DNA of 64,000 nucleotides from the IMG/VR virus record IMGVR_UViG_3300023174_000033, positions 62,001-126,000 of that record, one strand, 5' to 3'. Below the pieces are notes generated by a model, which saw nothing but the letters and a program-made list of their open reading frames with translations, ran no database searches and had not been told where the DNA came from. Made by a program: the position numbers and the translations under genes. Below, in pieces: positions 31,731 through 42,600 of the stretch; within the stretch, counting starts at the first letter, position 1; each line of letters begins with the position of its first letter.

Positions 31731-31763
31731 AAAAACTTTCATCTTTTACACTATAAAACTATT

Positions 31764-32366
31764 ATGAAATATAAAGAACTAAAAATCATAGGTCTCTCCT
31801 ACAGTCAAACTCAGGTTGGTTCTTATGTCATTGTACTTTCCGAAAAAAATGGAAATAAAAAACTTCCTATCATAATCAAAGCAAACGAAGCGCAATCTAT
31901 TGCTTTGAAACTAGAAGGCATAAAGACACAAAAAGATCTCACACATGATTTAATTAAGAATGTTTTAGACAAAATGGGTGGTGACCTTTATGAAGTTAGA
32001 ATTACTCATATGTTGGAAGGTATGTTCTACACCAAACTTATATTTCATAATATGATTGAAGAATTTGAAATTGAATCATCAATCGGAGATGCTCTTTGTT
32101 TGGCAGTCACATACAAATGTCCAATTGTTTGCTCAAAGGAAGTTCTAAATCTTGGGGGAATTGAAATGGATGATGATGGAAACATCACAGAAGAACAAAA
32201 TGAGAAGAACCATCAGTCAAAGGATCTTACCTCAATCGTTTCAGTTGCGGATCTTGAAAAGATGCTTGACAAAGCTATTGAGAATGAAGAATATGAAATC
32301 GCTTCTCAATTGAGAGATAAAATTGCAGAATTAAAATTGACAGAAGAAAAAAATAAGAACGTATAA
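31764..32366 (+). CDS. Bifunctional nuclease family (DUF151) protein with C-terminal UvrB/C motif
   Basis: LPIII...EAQSIA...LTHDL...DALCLA...PI; L.KAIENEEYEIASQLRD. Confidence 0.85.
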   Translation: MKYKELKIIGLSYSQTQVGSYVIVLSEKNGNKKLPIIIKANEAQSIALKLEGIKTQKDLTHDLIKNVLDKMGGDLYEVRITHMLEGMFYTKLIFHNMIEEFEIESSIGDALCLAVTYKCPIVCSKEVLNLGGIEMDDDGNITEEQNEKNHQSKDLTSIVSVADLEKMLDKAIENEEYEIASQLRDKIAELKLTEEKNKNV

Positions 32367-33220
32367 TGTGTTTAAGTTACATAGGTGGGAAAAGTAAAAT
32401 AGCGAAATCTTTTATTGTCCCAAGAATACCAAAAGATATTGAGGTTTATGTAGAACCTTTTAGTGGTATGTATTGGACATTTTTTGGTATGGATTTGGAT
32501 CAATATCCAAATCTTAAAACAATCGTTTATAATGATTGGAACCCATTGAATGTAAATTTGTTCAGATGTTTACAGACACCTGAAATTCTATTACAACACT
32601 GTGAGAAAATACCAGTGCAACAAAAAGGTGTTTTCCCAACACCTATTCAATGTAAGAAGTTTTTTCAAGATGCTCAGGATGAATTATATAGAAGTGGTTT
32701 AGAATTAACCGACGAACCAAACTTTGATGTCGCTGCTAAACACGCTCTAATTTTAGCTAGTGTGTTCTCTGGGGCTAATCCAGAGAGATCGACTTTCATT
32801 GATCTGAAAGGTAAATACAATTCAAAGTTTACTTCTTTTATGAATAAATTAAGAAATCCTGGATGGTTGAGGAAATTCAAATCAATAACTTTTGTGAGTC
32901 AAGGTGATTTTGAAGATTGTATCAAGAAGTGGGATGGTGAGAAAACTTACTTTTATTGCGATCCACCATATTATATTGTAGGAGAAGGTAGTTATTACTC
33001 AAACCATTCCTTTTCAAGAAATGATCACGAAAGACTTGCTAACTCTTTAAAGTCAATCAAAGGTAAATTTTCGTTGAGTTATTACTTCTTTGATTTACTA
33101 ACACAATGGTTTCCAAAGTCAGATTACACTTGGACAAGGAAAGAATTCCCCAAAGCAGCTATGGCCAAAGCTGGTCAGAAACAAACAACTGCTGTTGAGC
33201 TTTTGATTATGAATTATTAA
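32366..33220 (+). CDS. DNA adenine methyltransferase (Dam/D12 class)
   Basis: YIGGKS, YVEPFSG, YND, catalytic DPPY. Confidence 0.9.
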   Translation: MCLSYIGGKSKIAKSFIVPRIPKDIEVYVEPFSGMYWTFFGMDLDQYPNLKTIVYNDWNPLNVNLFRCLQTPEILLQHCEKIPVQQKGVFPTPIQCKKFFQDAQDELYRSGLELTDEPNFDVAAKHALILASVFSGANPERSTFIDLKGKYNSKFTSFMNKLRNPGWLRKFKSITFVSQGDFEDCIKKWDGEKTYFYCDPPYYIVGEGSYYSNHSFSRNDHERLANSLKSIKGKFSLSYYFFDLLTQWFPKSDYTWTRKEFPKAAMAKAGQKQTTAVELLIMNY

Positions 33221-33221
33221 T

Positions 33222-33620
33222 ATGTGGATAGTTGTGGCTAAAAAAGGAACCTTCGTACACAGAGACGATATGATTTCTGATATACTTGAAATTTCAAGAG
33301 AAGAATCTGAAGATTTTCAAGAATTCTATGTGACAAAGAATACATCAAATTTTAGGTACAATGTTGTAGCTAGTATTTTTTACGCAAAAATATATAAGTC
33401 CAAGGGATACTGTGAAAGAATAGTAAATAAATTTAAATTCTATAAAAACTCTGAATTCAATAGAAATCCTTTCCACTGGTTAAAAGACTATCATTTAAGT
33501 TTCAGAAAAGTAACCCAAGAAGAATGGAATAGAGTTTGTGATAATGAATTAAAGAAACTTGAACAGAGTTATATTGAACATAAGTCCTTGATTGAAAGAA
33601 AAAAGAGTATGTATAAATGA
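33222..33620 (+). CDS. Hypothetical protein
   Basis: 132-aa ORF in operon. Confidence 0.55.
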   Translation: MWIVVAKKGTFVHRDDMISDILEISREESEDFQEFYVTKNTSNFRYNVVASIFYAKIYKSKGYCERIVNKFKFYKNSEFNRNPFHWLKDYHLSFRKVTQEEWNRVCDNELKKLEQSYIEHKSLIERKKSMYK

Positions 33621-33895
33621 TAAGGTCTAAGACTTGGGTCAAAGATAGATATTTTGATTATGTCATTGGAGATATCGTAAAATTAGTCAGAAAGAAAAAG
33701 AACGGTCACCCAAGGTCTTTATCATTTGGTGTGAGTTACAAAGTTTTGAAAGTTGAAAATGAGGATTTATTTGTGCAAGAACTAAATGAACAACAACTTC
33801 ATTTAGGTGATATACGGATTAAAAAAGTTAATAGGAATTATTTCGTACCAATTGATAAAATGAGGGACGAACTCATAAAGGATATTCTTAATTAA
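33617..33895 (+). CDS. Small hypothetical protein with C-terminal RDELIKDIL motif
   Basis: 92 aa; ATGA overlap with the previous gene. Confidence 0.55.
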   Translation: MIRSKTWVKDRYFDYVIGDIVKLVRKKKNGHPRSLSFGVSYKVLKVENEDLFVQELNEQQLHLGDIRIKKVNRNYFVPIDKMRDELIKDILN

Positions 33896-33899
33896 AATA

Positions 33900-33928
33900 A
33901 AAAAAGGTCTTAAATTAAGACCTTTTTT
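33900..33928. terminator. Bidirectional intrinsic terminator
   Basis: AAAAAAGGTCTTAA-A-TTAAGACCTTTTTT between convergent units. Confidence 0.85.
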
Positions 33929-33978
33929 GTAGCCGAAGCGGGAATCGAACCCGCACGTCCTTGCGGACAAAGGATTTT

Positions 33979-34673
33979 CTTACTACTATAGTTTTCACTA
34001 CCCTTTCGGTTTGTAGTCTGGACTATACCTTAACCTTATCTTACGACTTAGGTTCTCCGTGTCTAGTCTCTACACCTTCTTCATTTCTGAAGCTTGGCTC
34101 GGTATTCCCATTTTAAAGGGTTCACCGAATTTACGGAGTTCTACTCAGAGATTTTCACCTCTGGCACTCATATTTTTCGCTCGATAGTTATCTGTAAATG
34201 AGTGGCAGTTTGGACATAATAATTGTATATTTTCAATTCTATTGTCAAATCTATCACCATTTATGTGATGTAGTTCAAGTGGGATATCAGAATCTAACCA
34301 TTTTGTCAAATTACACTTTACACAAACAGGTTCCATAATTTTCAACTTAAGAAGCTGATTCTTCAATTTATATGAAGAATAAGGTAAACCTGATGAATAA
34401 CATGAATTTTGAACCAATCTTGATGACAAATCTTTATTTTTTGACCAAGTCTTTCCTTTACTCCAAAGTTGGCCATGAAAATGAGAAGTGTCTAATCCAA
34501 ATTGTTTAATTCTAGTTTTTATATTCTGATAGTTTCCACCAGCTTCTTTAAGTCCAAGTTTTTGTAAAACTTGTCTAACAGAATAACACTCACTAACTAT
34601 AAGTTCTAAATTTTCTTTTGTATATTTATTGTTCATACATTATATATAAAAAATAGAATACAAAAAAAGAACC
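33979..34673 (-). mobile_element. Group I intron (IC3-like), 695 nt, in the tRNA-Leu anticodon
   Basis: Follows U34 and ends in G. IGS GAGTGCC (34169-34163) pairs with exon GGACUU. P AAATTCGGTGAA, Q AATACCGAG, R GTAGAGACTAGA, S GGTATAGTCCA. P3 CTCCGT/ACGGAG; P7 GACTA/TAGTC. Confidence 0.9.
34145..34636 (-). CDS. Intron-encoded HNH homing endonuclease
   Basis: CVKC...LELHHINGDRFDNRIENIQLLCPNCH; N-terminal helical DNA-binding-like segment; lies wholly inside the intron. Confidence 0.9.
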   Translation of the reverse strand: MNNKYTKENLELIVSECYSVRQVLQKLGLKEAGGNYQNIKTRIKQFGLDTSHFHGQLWSKGKTWSKNKDLSSRLVQNSCYSSGLPYSSYKLKNQLLKLKIMEPVCVKCNLTKWLDSDIPLELHHINGDRFDNRIENIQLLCPNCHSFTDNYRAKNMSARGENL

Positions 34674-34769
34674 AAGTCCTTCGTGTATACCAGTTTCACC
34701 ATCCGGCCATAATTAAAATTATATAACTTTTTTAGACATAAGTTTTTTTTTTAAAAAAAGTATAAAAAA

Positions 34770-34846
34770 CAGGTTGGGTGTTTTTTGTGTAGTTCTCTAC
34801 ACTGATATTCAATTTGTATTTGTTAATATTTTGCTGAAATCAACCT
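34770..34846 (-). ncRNA. Candidate structured ncRNA copy B (Y-RNA-like?)
   Basis: AGGTTGATTTCAGCAAAATATTAACAAATAC...ATCAGTGTAGAGAACTACACAAAAAACACCCAACCTG. Terminal stem GGTTG/CAACC; internal hairpin GTGTAG/CTACAC. Confidence 0.5.
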
Positions 34847-34870
34847 TTACTTTTACACTTAAAAAAACCA

Positions 34871-34926
34871 CAGGATAATTTTTTACTGATCCATTAGTAT
34901 TGTTAAGTTTTGCTGAACTTATCCCT
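34871..34926 (-). ncRNA. Candidate structured ncRNA copy A (Y-RNA-like?)
   Basis: AGGGATAAGTTCAGCAAAACTTAACAATACTAATGGATCAGTAAAAAATTATCCTG. Terminal stem GGATAA/TTATCC; same core as copy B. Confidence 0.5.
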
Positions 34927-34931
34927 TTTGG

Positions 34932-36335
34932 TTATACTTTTATATCTTTATATCTCACTTTGTTTAGTGTTTCTTCCATAATTTTCACTGGGCTCAAGTC
35001 TTCACCACCCAAGATTGATTTAAGAATTGATGGACTCAATCCAGAAATAAGAGCTGTCCCTTTTTCATCAAACTTCACTGGGAAATTTGAATTTCTTGAT
35101 TGAATGTTCCAGTAAATTATATCTGGCATTTTGTATCCAATATTCTCATACTGATGTCTAATCATTTCTTGAGCGGTGAAAGAGCCTCCTTGTGCTTCAT
35201 CAAACTCCATATCACTCATAATCAGAATTTTGGTGGGCATTTCTGACTCGGATACCTTGTTCTCTAAAGCTTTATTTAGAATAAGGGTAAACACTGCTTC
35301 CAAGTTTGTATTCATCCCCCAAGAAGCGTTCTGTAGTTGCAAAAACCTTTCATTCAAATTACCAAGCAGCTTTTGCAATTGTGGTTTACTTGAGAATGTG
35401 ATGAAGTGATCTTTGAATATACCCTCAATCCTCTCGGAAATATACATTCCGAGTGAGATTGAGACATCCATACAGGTCACACTGCCCTTCCCACCAATTA
35501 GGGTTGACATTGATCCGGATACGTCTACAAGGGGTAAGATTCTCTCACTAGAGTCTTCCATGTAATTTGGAAGTGCTTTCCATTGCTCATTCGCCAATCC
35601 TTGATTACCATATTGCAAAGTCTTGATTACATCATATGGATACAAGGTGGAAGCATTGACTTTGGTTGTTCCCTCTTTTAGAGATTGTAAGTAAGAAGCA
35701 AATCCTACTTGATCTCTGTTTGTGAAGACCTTCGTATATCTTGACATAGCTAATGACGGCACCTTTGAATATTCAATATTTTGCCATTCTTTAGCACACA
35801 TCTTTTGCTCTACCGTGTTAGACAATCTAACCAATAGTTGACGAAGTTCTTTTGGGGTAGTTTTCATCCTTTTACGGATTTTGTTAAAGACTACTCCCTT
35901 TCTGGGAATCCATTTCGAGCAAAGTCCATCACCTTTCTCTAAACCACTCAAAATAAGGTCTAAAACGTCCTCTTCAAGTTCAGTTCCGAACAGAGTGAAA
36001 ATATCGTCCCATCTTCCATATTCGGATATAAGGTGAATATTTTTCCTTAACTCATTCGGGTGAGTTTGGGCTAGGAACTCAATTATATCCTTGAATATCT
36101 GTCGTTCACCGGCACCTTCTCTAACATCCCTTGACCAGAAAAGAATTTTCATAGCCGTTATTGGTGACTCATTAAAGGATTTACTAAACATACTAAGAAG
36201 TCTAGATTTATCCTGTCCACGCATAGCACCGATTGTGAAGAATAAGTTTACACATTCGTTCATAGTAGTTGAATTAGTCAACATACCATTCTCGGTAAAT
36301 ACGTCTTTCGTCTGTAGCGATTCTAGAAAATTCAT
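34932..36335 (-). CDS. DUF2828 family protein (Ro60/TROVE-like helical domain + VWA)
   Basis: TENG, RDVREGAGER, YGRWDD, KWIPR, YSKVPS.AM, MIDAS DVSGSM, SDMEFD, YWN, SG.SP motifs. Confidence 0.85.
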   Translation of the reverse strand: MNFLESLQTKDVFTENGMLTNSTTMNECVNLFFTIGAMRGQDKSRLLSMFSKSFNESPITAMKILFWSRDVREGAGERQIFKDIIEFLAQTHPNELRKNIHLISEYGRWDDIFTLFGTELEEDVLDLILSGLEKGDGLCSKWIPRKGVVFNKIRKRMKTTPKELRQLLVRLSNTVEQKMCAKEWQNIEYSKVPSLAMSRYTKVFTNRDQVGFASYLQSLKEGTTKVNASTLYPYDVIKTLQYGNQGLANEQWKALPNYMEDSSERILPLVDVSGSMSTLIGGKGSVTCMDVSISLGMYISERIEGIFKDHFITFSSKPQLQKLLGNLNERFLQLQNASWGMNTNLEAVFTLILNKALENKVSESEMPTKILIMSDMEFDEAQGGSFTAQEMIRHQYENIGYKMPDIIYWNIQSRNSNFPVKFDEKGTALISGLSPSILKSILGGEDLSPVKIMEETLNKVRYKDIKV

Positions 36336-36400
36336 AATTTTAGACCAGTTTTGTGATTTGTGAGATATTATATCTAACCAAAATCATTAGTTGATAAAGA

Positions 36401-36595
36401 TTATACTTTTTCACCAAAGATTTCCGAAAAAAAACTATTCCAATAATTACAAAATGGCCTCATTATAAAATAAACACCAATAAAGCTGAATAAGTGTAAG
36501 AAGGTTAGATTTTCACTCAAATAAAAGTGTCTCAAAGCAGATAGTCCTATAACAAATAATAGTATCGTCAAAGAGTATATAAGAAATTTTTTCAT
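36401..36595 (-). CDS. Small two-TM membrane protein
   Basis: 64 aa with two hydrophobic stretches. Confidence 0.45.
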   Translation of the reverse strand: MKKFLIYSLTILLFVIGLSALRHFYLSENLTFLHLFSFIGVYFIMRPFCNYWNSFFSEIFGEKV

Positions 36596-36646
36596 AACGG
36601 ATCAAATATTTTCTTATATATTCTTTACAATATCATTTTTTTTTCC

Positions 36647-39600
36647 TTATTTGTATAATATTGTACCTGTTGTGGATGAGGAGAATGTTACCCCAAACGA
36701 ATTAACATCATTGTGAATTATACTAATTGGATTTATTACACTGTTATTAGTATCTAGTATCTGAACGATCGGGAAATATCCTAAGTTGTGTTGGACAAGG
36801 TATTCCGTACCACTGTTGAGTCCTGTGCCATCCAATGAATAACTACATCCAACTAGACTCGGTAACCAAGTTAATTGACCAATACCGTTTACTCCAATTG
36901 CAAAACTCGCAGATCCTCTAACATAATTCAGATTGACCCAACTATTTCCTATGGTGATACTGTTTGACGCACCATACTCAACACTGTTGCTTTCCAAGTG
37001 TATGTAAGGACCACTACCAGCTGTTGAACCGTCAATTAAATCAGATGCGGATACTTCAATTTTCGCCTCAAATGAAGGTGGATCAATATGAGAACCTCCA
37101 ATTATGTATTTACTTCTAATCTTAACTCTTTCCTCAACATCAACATTCGATATTGGGGCTTGGTAGAAATCCGATCTAGAATTATTAATACCAACCCCAG
37201 CTAATCCACCCGATACAAAATTTTCCCTACTTGAGTAAACTGCTGGATATAATTCGTTTGTGGTGTGGTCGTATTTGCTAGCACTTGGGTTAAATCCAAT
37301 AAGACCAGATGATTCAAGTACAAATGCGTATTCACTATTAGCCAAAGTCGCGCCTTTTATGTATCCATCTGTCGTTGAGTTGGAAATTTTAATTACATAA
37401 TCACCATCGTAAGACCATGAAGCGGTATTTCCAATTGTTAGAGTTTGGTCAAATGTGTAGATTGGAGCTGGTCCTTGTGGACCTGTGTCACCTTGATCGC
37501 CTTGAGGTCCCATCTCACCTTGTTCACCTTGTGGGCCCATCTCGCCTTGGTCACCTTGTGGGCCCATCTCGCCTTGGTCACCCTGTGGCCCCATTTCGCC
37601 TTGGTCACCCTGTGGCCCCATCTCACCTTGGTCACCCTGTGGCCCCATCTCACCTTGGTCACCCTGTGGCCCCATCTCACCTTGGTCACCCTGTGGCCCC
37701 ATCTCACCTTGGTCACCCTGTGGCCCCATCTCGCCTTGGTCACCCTGTGGCCCCATCTCACCTTGGTCACCCTGTGGCCCCATCTCACCTTGGTCACCCT
37801 GTGGCCCCATCTCACCTTGGTCACCCTGTGGCCCCATCTCACCTTGGTCACCCTGTGGCCCCATCTCACCTTGGAATCCTTGAGGACCAGTTACTCCTTG
37901 TACACCCTGGACACCCTGTAGACCCTGTGGACCAGTTATTCCTTGAACACCTTGGAATCCTTGTGGGCCAATCATACCTTGATGCCCTTGTGGGCCGAAA
38001 TCACCTTGGAATCCTTGTGGACCAGTAACACCTTGGAAACCTTGTGGACCGGTTGATCCCTGTGGACCAGATAGCCCTTGAAGACCTTGTGGACCAGTCA
38101 TACCTTGGAAACCTTGAGGACCGGTATCTCCTTGATATCCTTGTGGGCCCGTATTACCAAATGGCATGAAAGTGAAATTATAAATACTGTTAGGATAGAA
38201 TTGACCATTTGAGACAACAGGAGAGGAAAGACTCAACCCATAAACATTATTACTCTGTATTAGATTAACACCATAAACTGGGTAAATACCAACATTACTA
38301 GCTGTCAAAGCATCGGATACCTGTATCCATGTATTAATACCCTTATCAACAAATGTTTTTAGTGAATTAAACCAACCAGAGTAGTTTACCCCGTTGACAT
38401 CAGTTTTGTGAATTTTCAGATAATCATTCAGAGCGAAATTTGCATCTTCAATATCAAACTTACCAGTAGCAACACTGCCATTATCTAAACTCTCACATCT
38501 CCACTGTACCACAGTTTGTACTAAAGAAGTAACGGTTCCTTGTGGTCCTTCCAAACCTTGGAATCCCTGTGGACCCATATCACCCTGTGGACCACTTACA
38601 CCTTGGAAACCTTGTGGACCAGTCTCACCCTGTAATCCTTGTGGACCACTATAACCTTGAGGGCCAGTCATACCTTGTGGACCAGTCTCACCCTGTAATC
38701 CTTGTGGACCACTATAACCTTGAGGGCCAGTTACACCCTGTAATCCCTGTGGGCCAATAATACCCTGAAAACCTTGAGGGCCAGTTTCACCCTGTGACCC
38801 TTGAGGCCCAGACAACCCTTGAACCCCCTGTGGACCAGTATCACCTTGATTACCTTGGGGACCACTGTAACCCTGTGGACCACTGTAACCCTGTGGACCA
38901 AAATCACCTTGGAATCCTTGCGGACCTGTAATTCCTTGAACACCAGTTGATCCAGTTGATCCAACCGAACCATTAGCCACCCAAGTTACGTTATAAAGTT
39001 GCTCAGCAGCGAAAGATCCACTTGAAACAACAGCGGTTGAATCCACTTTAACAGAGTAGGTTGTGCCGTTGCCGGTCACACCAGTTACTCTATATAGCCC
39101 TGTATTACTTGGAGTTAAAGCATCGTAAATTTGTAGATAACTAGTGTTTTCATTTTGAACAAATATTCTAAGTTGATCAAACCATAATGAGTAATCTACA
39201 CTTTGTATATCTTGTTTATGGAAATTAAATTCTGAATTATTAGCAAATGTATTATTTTCAGAACTGAAATAATTTGGGTTATTTAATAGAGGATTGAAAC
39301 CTTTATACTTCCACTGGACAATTGTTTGCACTAATGACACAACCGAACCTTGGTCACCTTTGTATCCTTGTGGACCTGTTTCGCCCTGTGGACCAGATAA
39401 TCCCTGTAATCCTTGTGGGCCAGTATTACCTTGGAATCCTTGTGGGCCAGTATTACCTTGAACACCTTGAAAACCTTGAGGACCAATATTACCTTGATTA
39501 CCTTGTGGACCAGTCATTCCTTGATTACCTTGTGGACCAGTCATTCCTTGGAAACCTTGTGGACCAGTCATTCCTTGGAAACCTTGTGGACCAGTTTCAC

Positions 39601-42600
39601 CCTGTGACCCAGTATTTCCCTGTGAACCTTGAACGCCTTGGAAACCTTGTGGACCAGTCATTCCTTGATTACCTTGTGGACCAGTATTGCCTTGCAAACC
39701 TTGTGGACCAGATAAACCTTGAGGGCCAGTCACACCTTGCAAACCTTGTGGACCAGATAAACCTTGAGGACCAGTCACACCTTGCAAACCTTGTGGACCA
39801 GATAAACCTTGAGGACCAGTTCTTCCGAATGGTATCCAAGTAACATTGAAAACACTGGTTGGATTTAGAGTTCCGTTACCAACGATTTTATTCCCAACGT
39901 TAATAGTGTATTTAGGATCCGTGTAAGATAAACTACTAACTGGAAATAAACCAGTGTTACTTACTGTTAGCGAATCGTAAACTTGTATATAAGCTAAACT
40001 TCCACCGTCTACAAATCCTTTTAATTGGTCAAACCAATCGTTATAATCAACACCATTTATATCAAATTTATTGAAAACAAACTGTGTTGGTGGTGATGTA
40101 GTGAAGTTCGAACTGTTTGATTCAAATCTTCCATTCGGAAGTGATCCACCTATCAATCCGTCATATCTCCACTGCACAATTGTTTGCACCACCGAAACAA
40201 CTACACCCTGTGGTCCGGTATCACCTTGTAGTCCTTGATTACCCTGTGGGCCACTGAATCCTTGTGGACCAGTTACACCTTGATATCCTTGTGGACCAAA
40301 TTTTCCTTGTGGTCCTGTATCACCTTGTAATCCTTGTGGACCAGATAATCCTTGTGGACCTGTCTCCCCTTGGAATCCTTGCGGACCGGTGTTACCCTGA
40401 AAACCCTGTGGACCAGATAGACCCTGAAGACCTTGTGGGCCACTGAATCCTTGTGGACCGGTGTCACCTTGATACCCCTGTGGACCCGTATTACCTTGTA
40501 GACCTTGTGGGCCGGTGTTACCCTGGAATCCTTGAGGACCTGTATCACCTTGATAACCTTGAGGACCCGTATTACCTTGTAGACCTTGCGCGCCGGTGTT
40601 ACCCTGGAATCCTTGTGGACCAGTCATACCTTGTAACCCTTGGGGACCAGTCATACCTTGTAACCCTTGTGGGCCGGTGTCACCTTGATAACCTTGTGGA
40701 CCACTATATCCTTGCGGGCCAGTCTCACCTTGGAAACCTTGTGGACCAGTCTCTCCCTGAACGCCAGTTGAACCGGTGCCCCCAACTGAACCATTAGCAA
40801 CCCATGTTACGTTGTATAGTTGTTCAGTCGCAAAACTACCATTTGAAACAACTGCTGTAGAATCAACAGATACAGAATAAGTTGTCCCGTTGCCGGTCAC
40901 ACCAGTTACTCTATATAGCCCTGTATTACTTGGAGTTAAAGCATCGTAAATTTGTAGATAACTAGTATTTTGATTCTCAATGAATATTCTTAATTGTTCA
41001 AACCAAAGAGAATAGTCAACACTTTGTATATCTTGTTTATGGAAATTAAATTCGTTATTACTACCAAATGCAGGATTTTGTGAACTGAAATAATTTGGGA
41101 ATGATCCTAATGGATTCGTACCTTTGTATTTCCACTGAACAATTGTTTGCACTAATGACACAACCGAACCTTGGTCACCTTTGTATCCTTGTGGACCAGA
41201 ATATCCTTGTGGACCAGATAAACCTTGCACACCTTGTGGACCTGTCTCACCTTGGAAACCTTGTGGACCTGTCTCACCTTGGAAACCTTGAGGGCCAGAT
41301 AAACCTTGAAGTCCCTGAGGCCCGGTCATACCTTGGAAACCCTGTGGGCCAGTTGAACCTTGATATCCTTGTGTGCCAGTGTTTCCTTGTGGACCTGTAT
41401 CACCTTGCAAACCTTGTGGACCAGTTGAACCTTGAAACCCCTGTGGACCAGATAATCCCTGTAAACCTTGTGGACCAGATAAACCTTGTAGTCCTTGTGG
41501 ACCGGTATCACCTTGGAAACCTTGTGGGCCGAAATCACCTTGGAAACCTTGTGGGCCTGTAACTCCTTGTAGTCCCTGGGAGCCACTGTATCCTTGTGGA
41601 CCAGTTATTCCTTGGAAACCTTGGGGTCCTGTTTCACCTTGATATCCTTGAGGACCTGTATTACCTTGAGATCCTGTGTTGCCCTGTGGACCTGTATTAC
41701 CTTGGAATCCTTGAGGACCTGTATTACCTTGGAATCCTTGAGGACCTGTGTCGCCTTGATAACCTTGTGGACCACTAAAACCCTGTGGACCAGTGTCACC
41801 TTGTGGACCAGTTGGTCCGGTAGCACCTATGGAACCATTTACGAACCAACCAATGTTATATATGTTGTTACCTGTAAACGTGCCACTACCAACTATAGCT
41901 GGAACGTCTGTAAAGATATAGTAGCTATGGGTACTAAATACTTGAGAAGGACTTGTCTGTGTAGCAGCAAGAACTTTGTAGAATCCAGTTATACTCTGAG
42001 TTGTTGAATCATAGATTTGTAAGTATGAAGGATTTTCATTATTAACAAACTTTTGCAATTGATCAAACCAGAGTGAATAACTAACTGAGTTGATATCCCT
42101 AAATTCAAATCTGAAATAAGGGTTAGTTGGTAAATCAATACTACTAGTTTCAAAATAACCTTGGGTTAGGCCGCCACCCAATAAACCACCATACTTATAT
42201 TGTATTATGGTTTGGACCATGGAAACAACTAATCCGTCAACTCCTTGTGGGCCGGTATCACCTTGGAATCCTTGTGGGCCAAAGTCTCCTTGGAATCCTT
42301 GAGGTCCACTAAATCCTTGGGTGCCTTGTGGGCCGGTATCGCCTTGTGAACCTTGTGGGCCAGATAATCCTTGTGGACCAGTGTTTCCTTGATATCCTTG
42401 TGGACCAGTGTTTCCTTGATATCCTTGTGGGCCAGATAATCCTTGATGTCCCTGTGGACCAGTGTCTCCCTGTGATCCTTGTGGACCAGTATCTCCTTGA
42501 AAACCTTGAGGACCAGTGTCTCCCTGATAACCCTGCGGACCACTTTCGCCTTGAAAACCTTGAGGACCAGTGTCTCCCTGATAACCCTGCGGACCGGTAT

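Larger units (their letters stand above)
33930..34708 (-). tRNA. trnL: tRNA-Leu(UAA), split by a group I intron (exons 34708-34674 and 33978-33930)
   Basis: Joined exons: GGCCGGATGGTGAAACTGGTATACACGAAGGACTT^AAAATCCTTTGTCCGCAAGGACGTGCGGGTTCGATTCCCGCTTCGGCTA. Full cloverleaf, long variable arm, A73, no encoded CCA. Confidence 0.93.

Noticed and set aside
32366-33220. Restriction-modification system
   Set aside because: No recognisable cognate endonuclease adjacent; most likely an orphan protective methyltransferase.
37500-37875. Possible CRISPR array
   Set aside because: Direct tandem 27-bp units with no unique spacers; in-frame coding repeat; no cas genes in the window.
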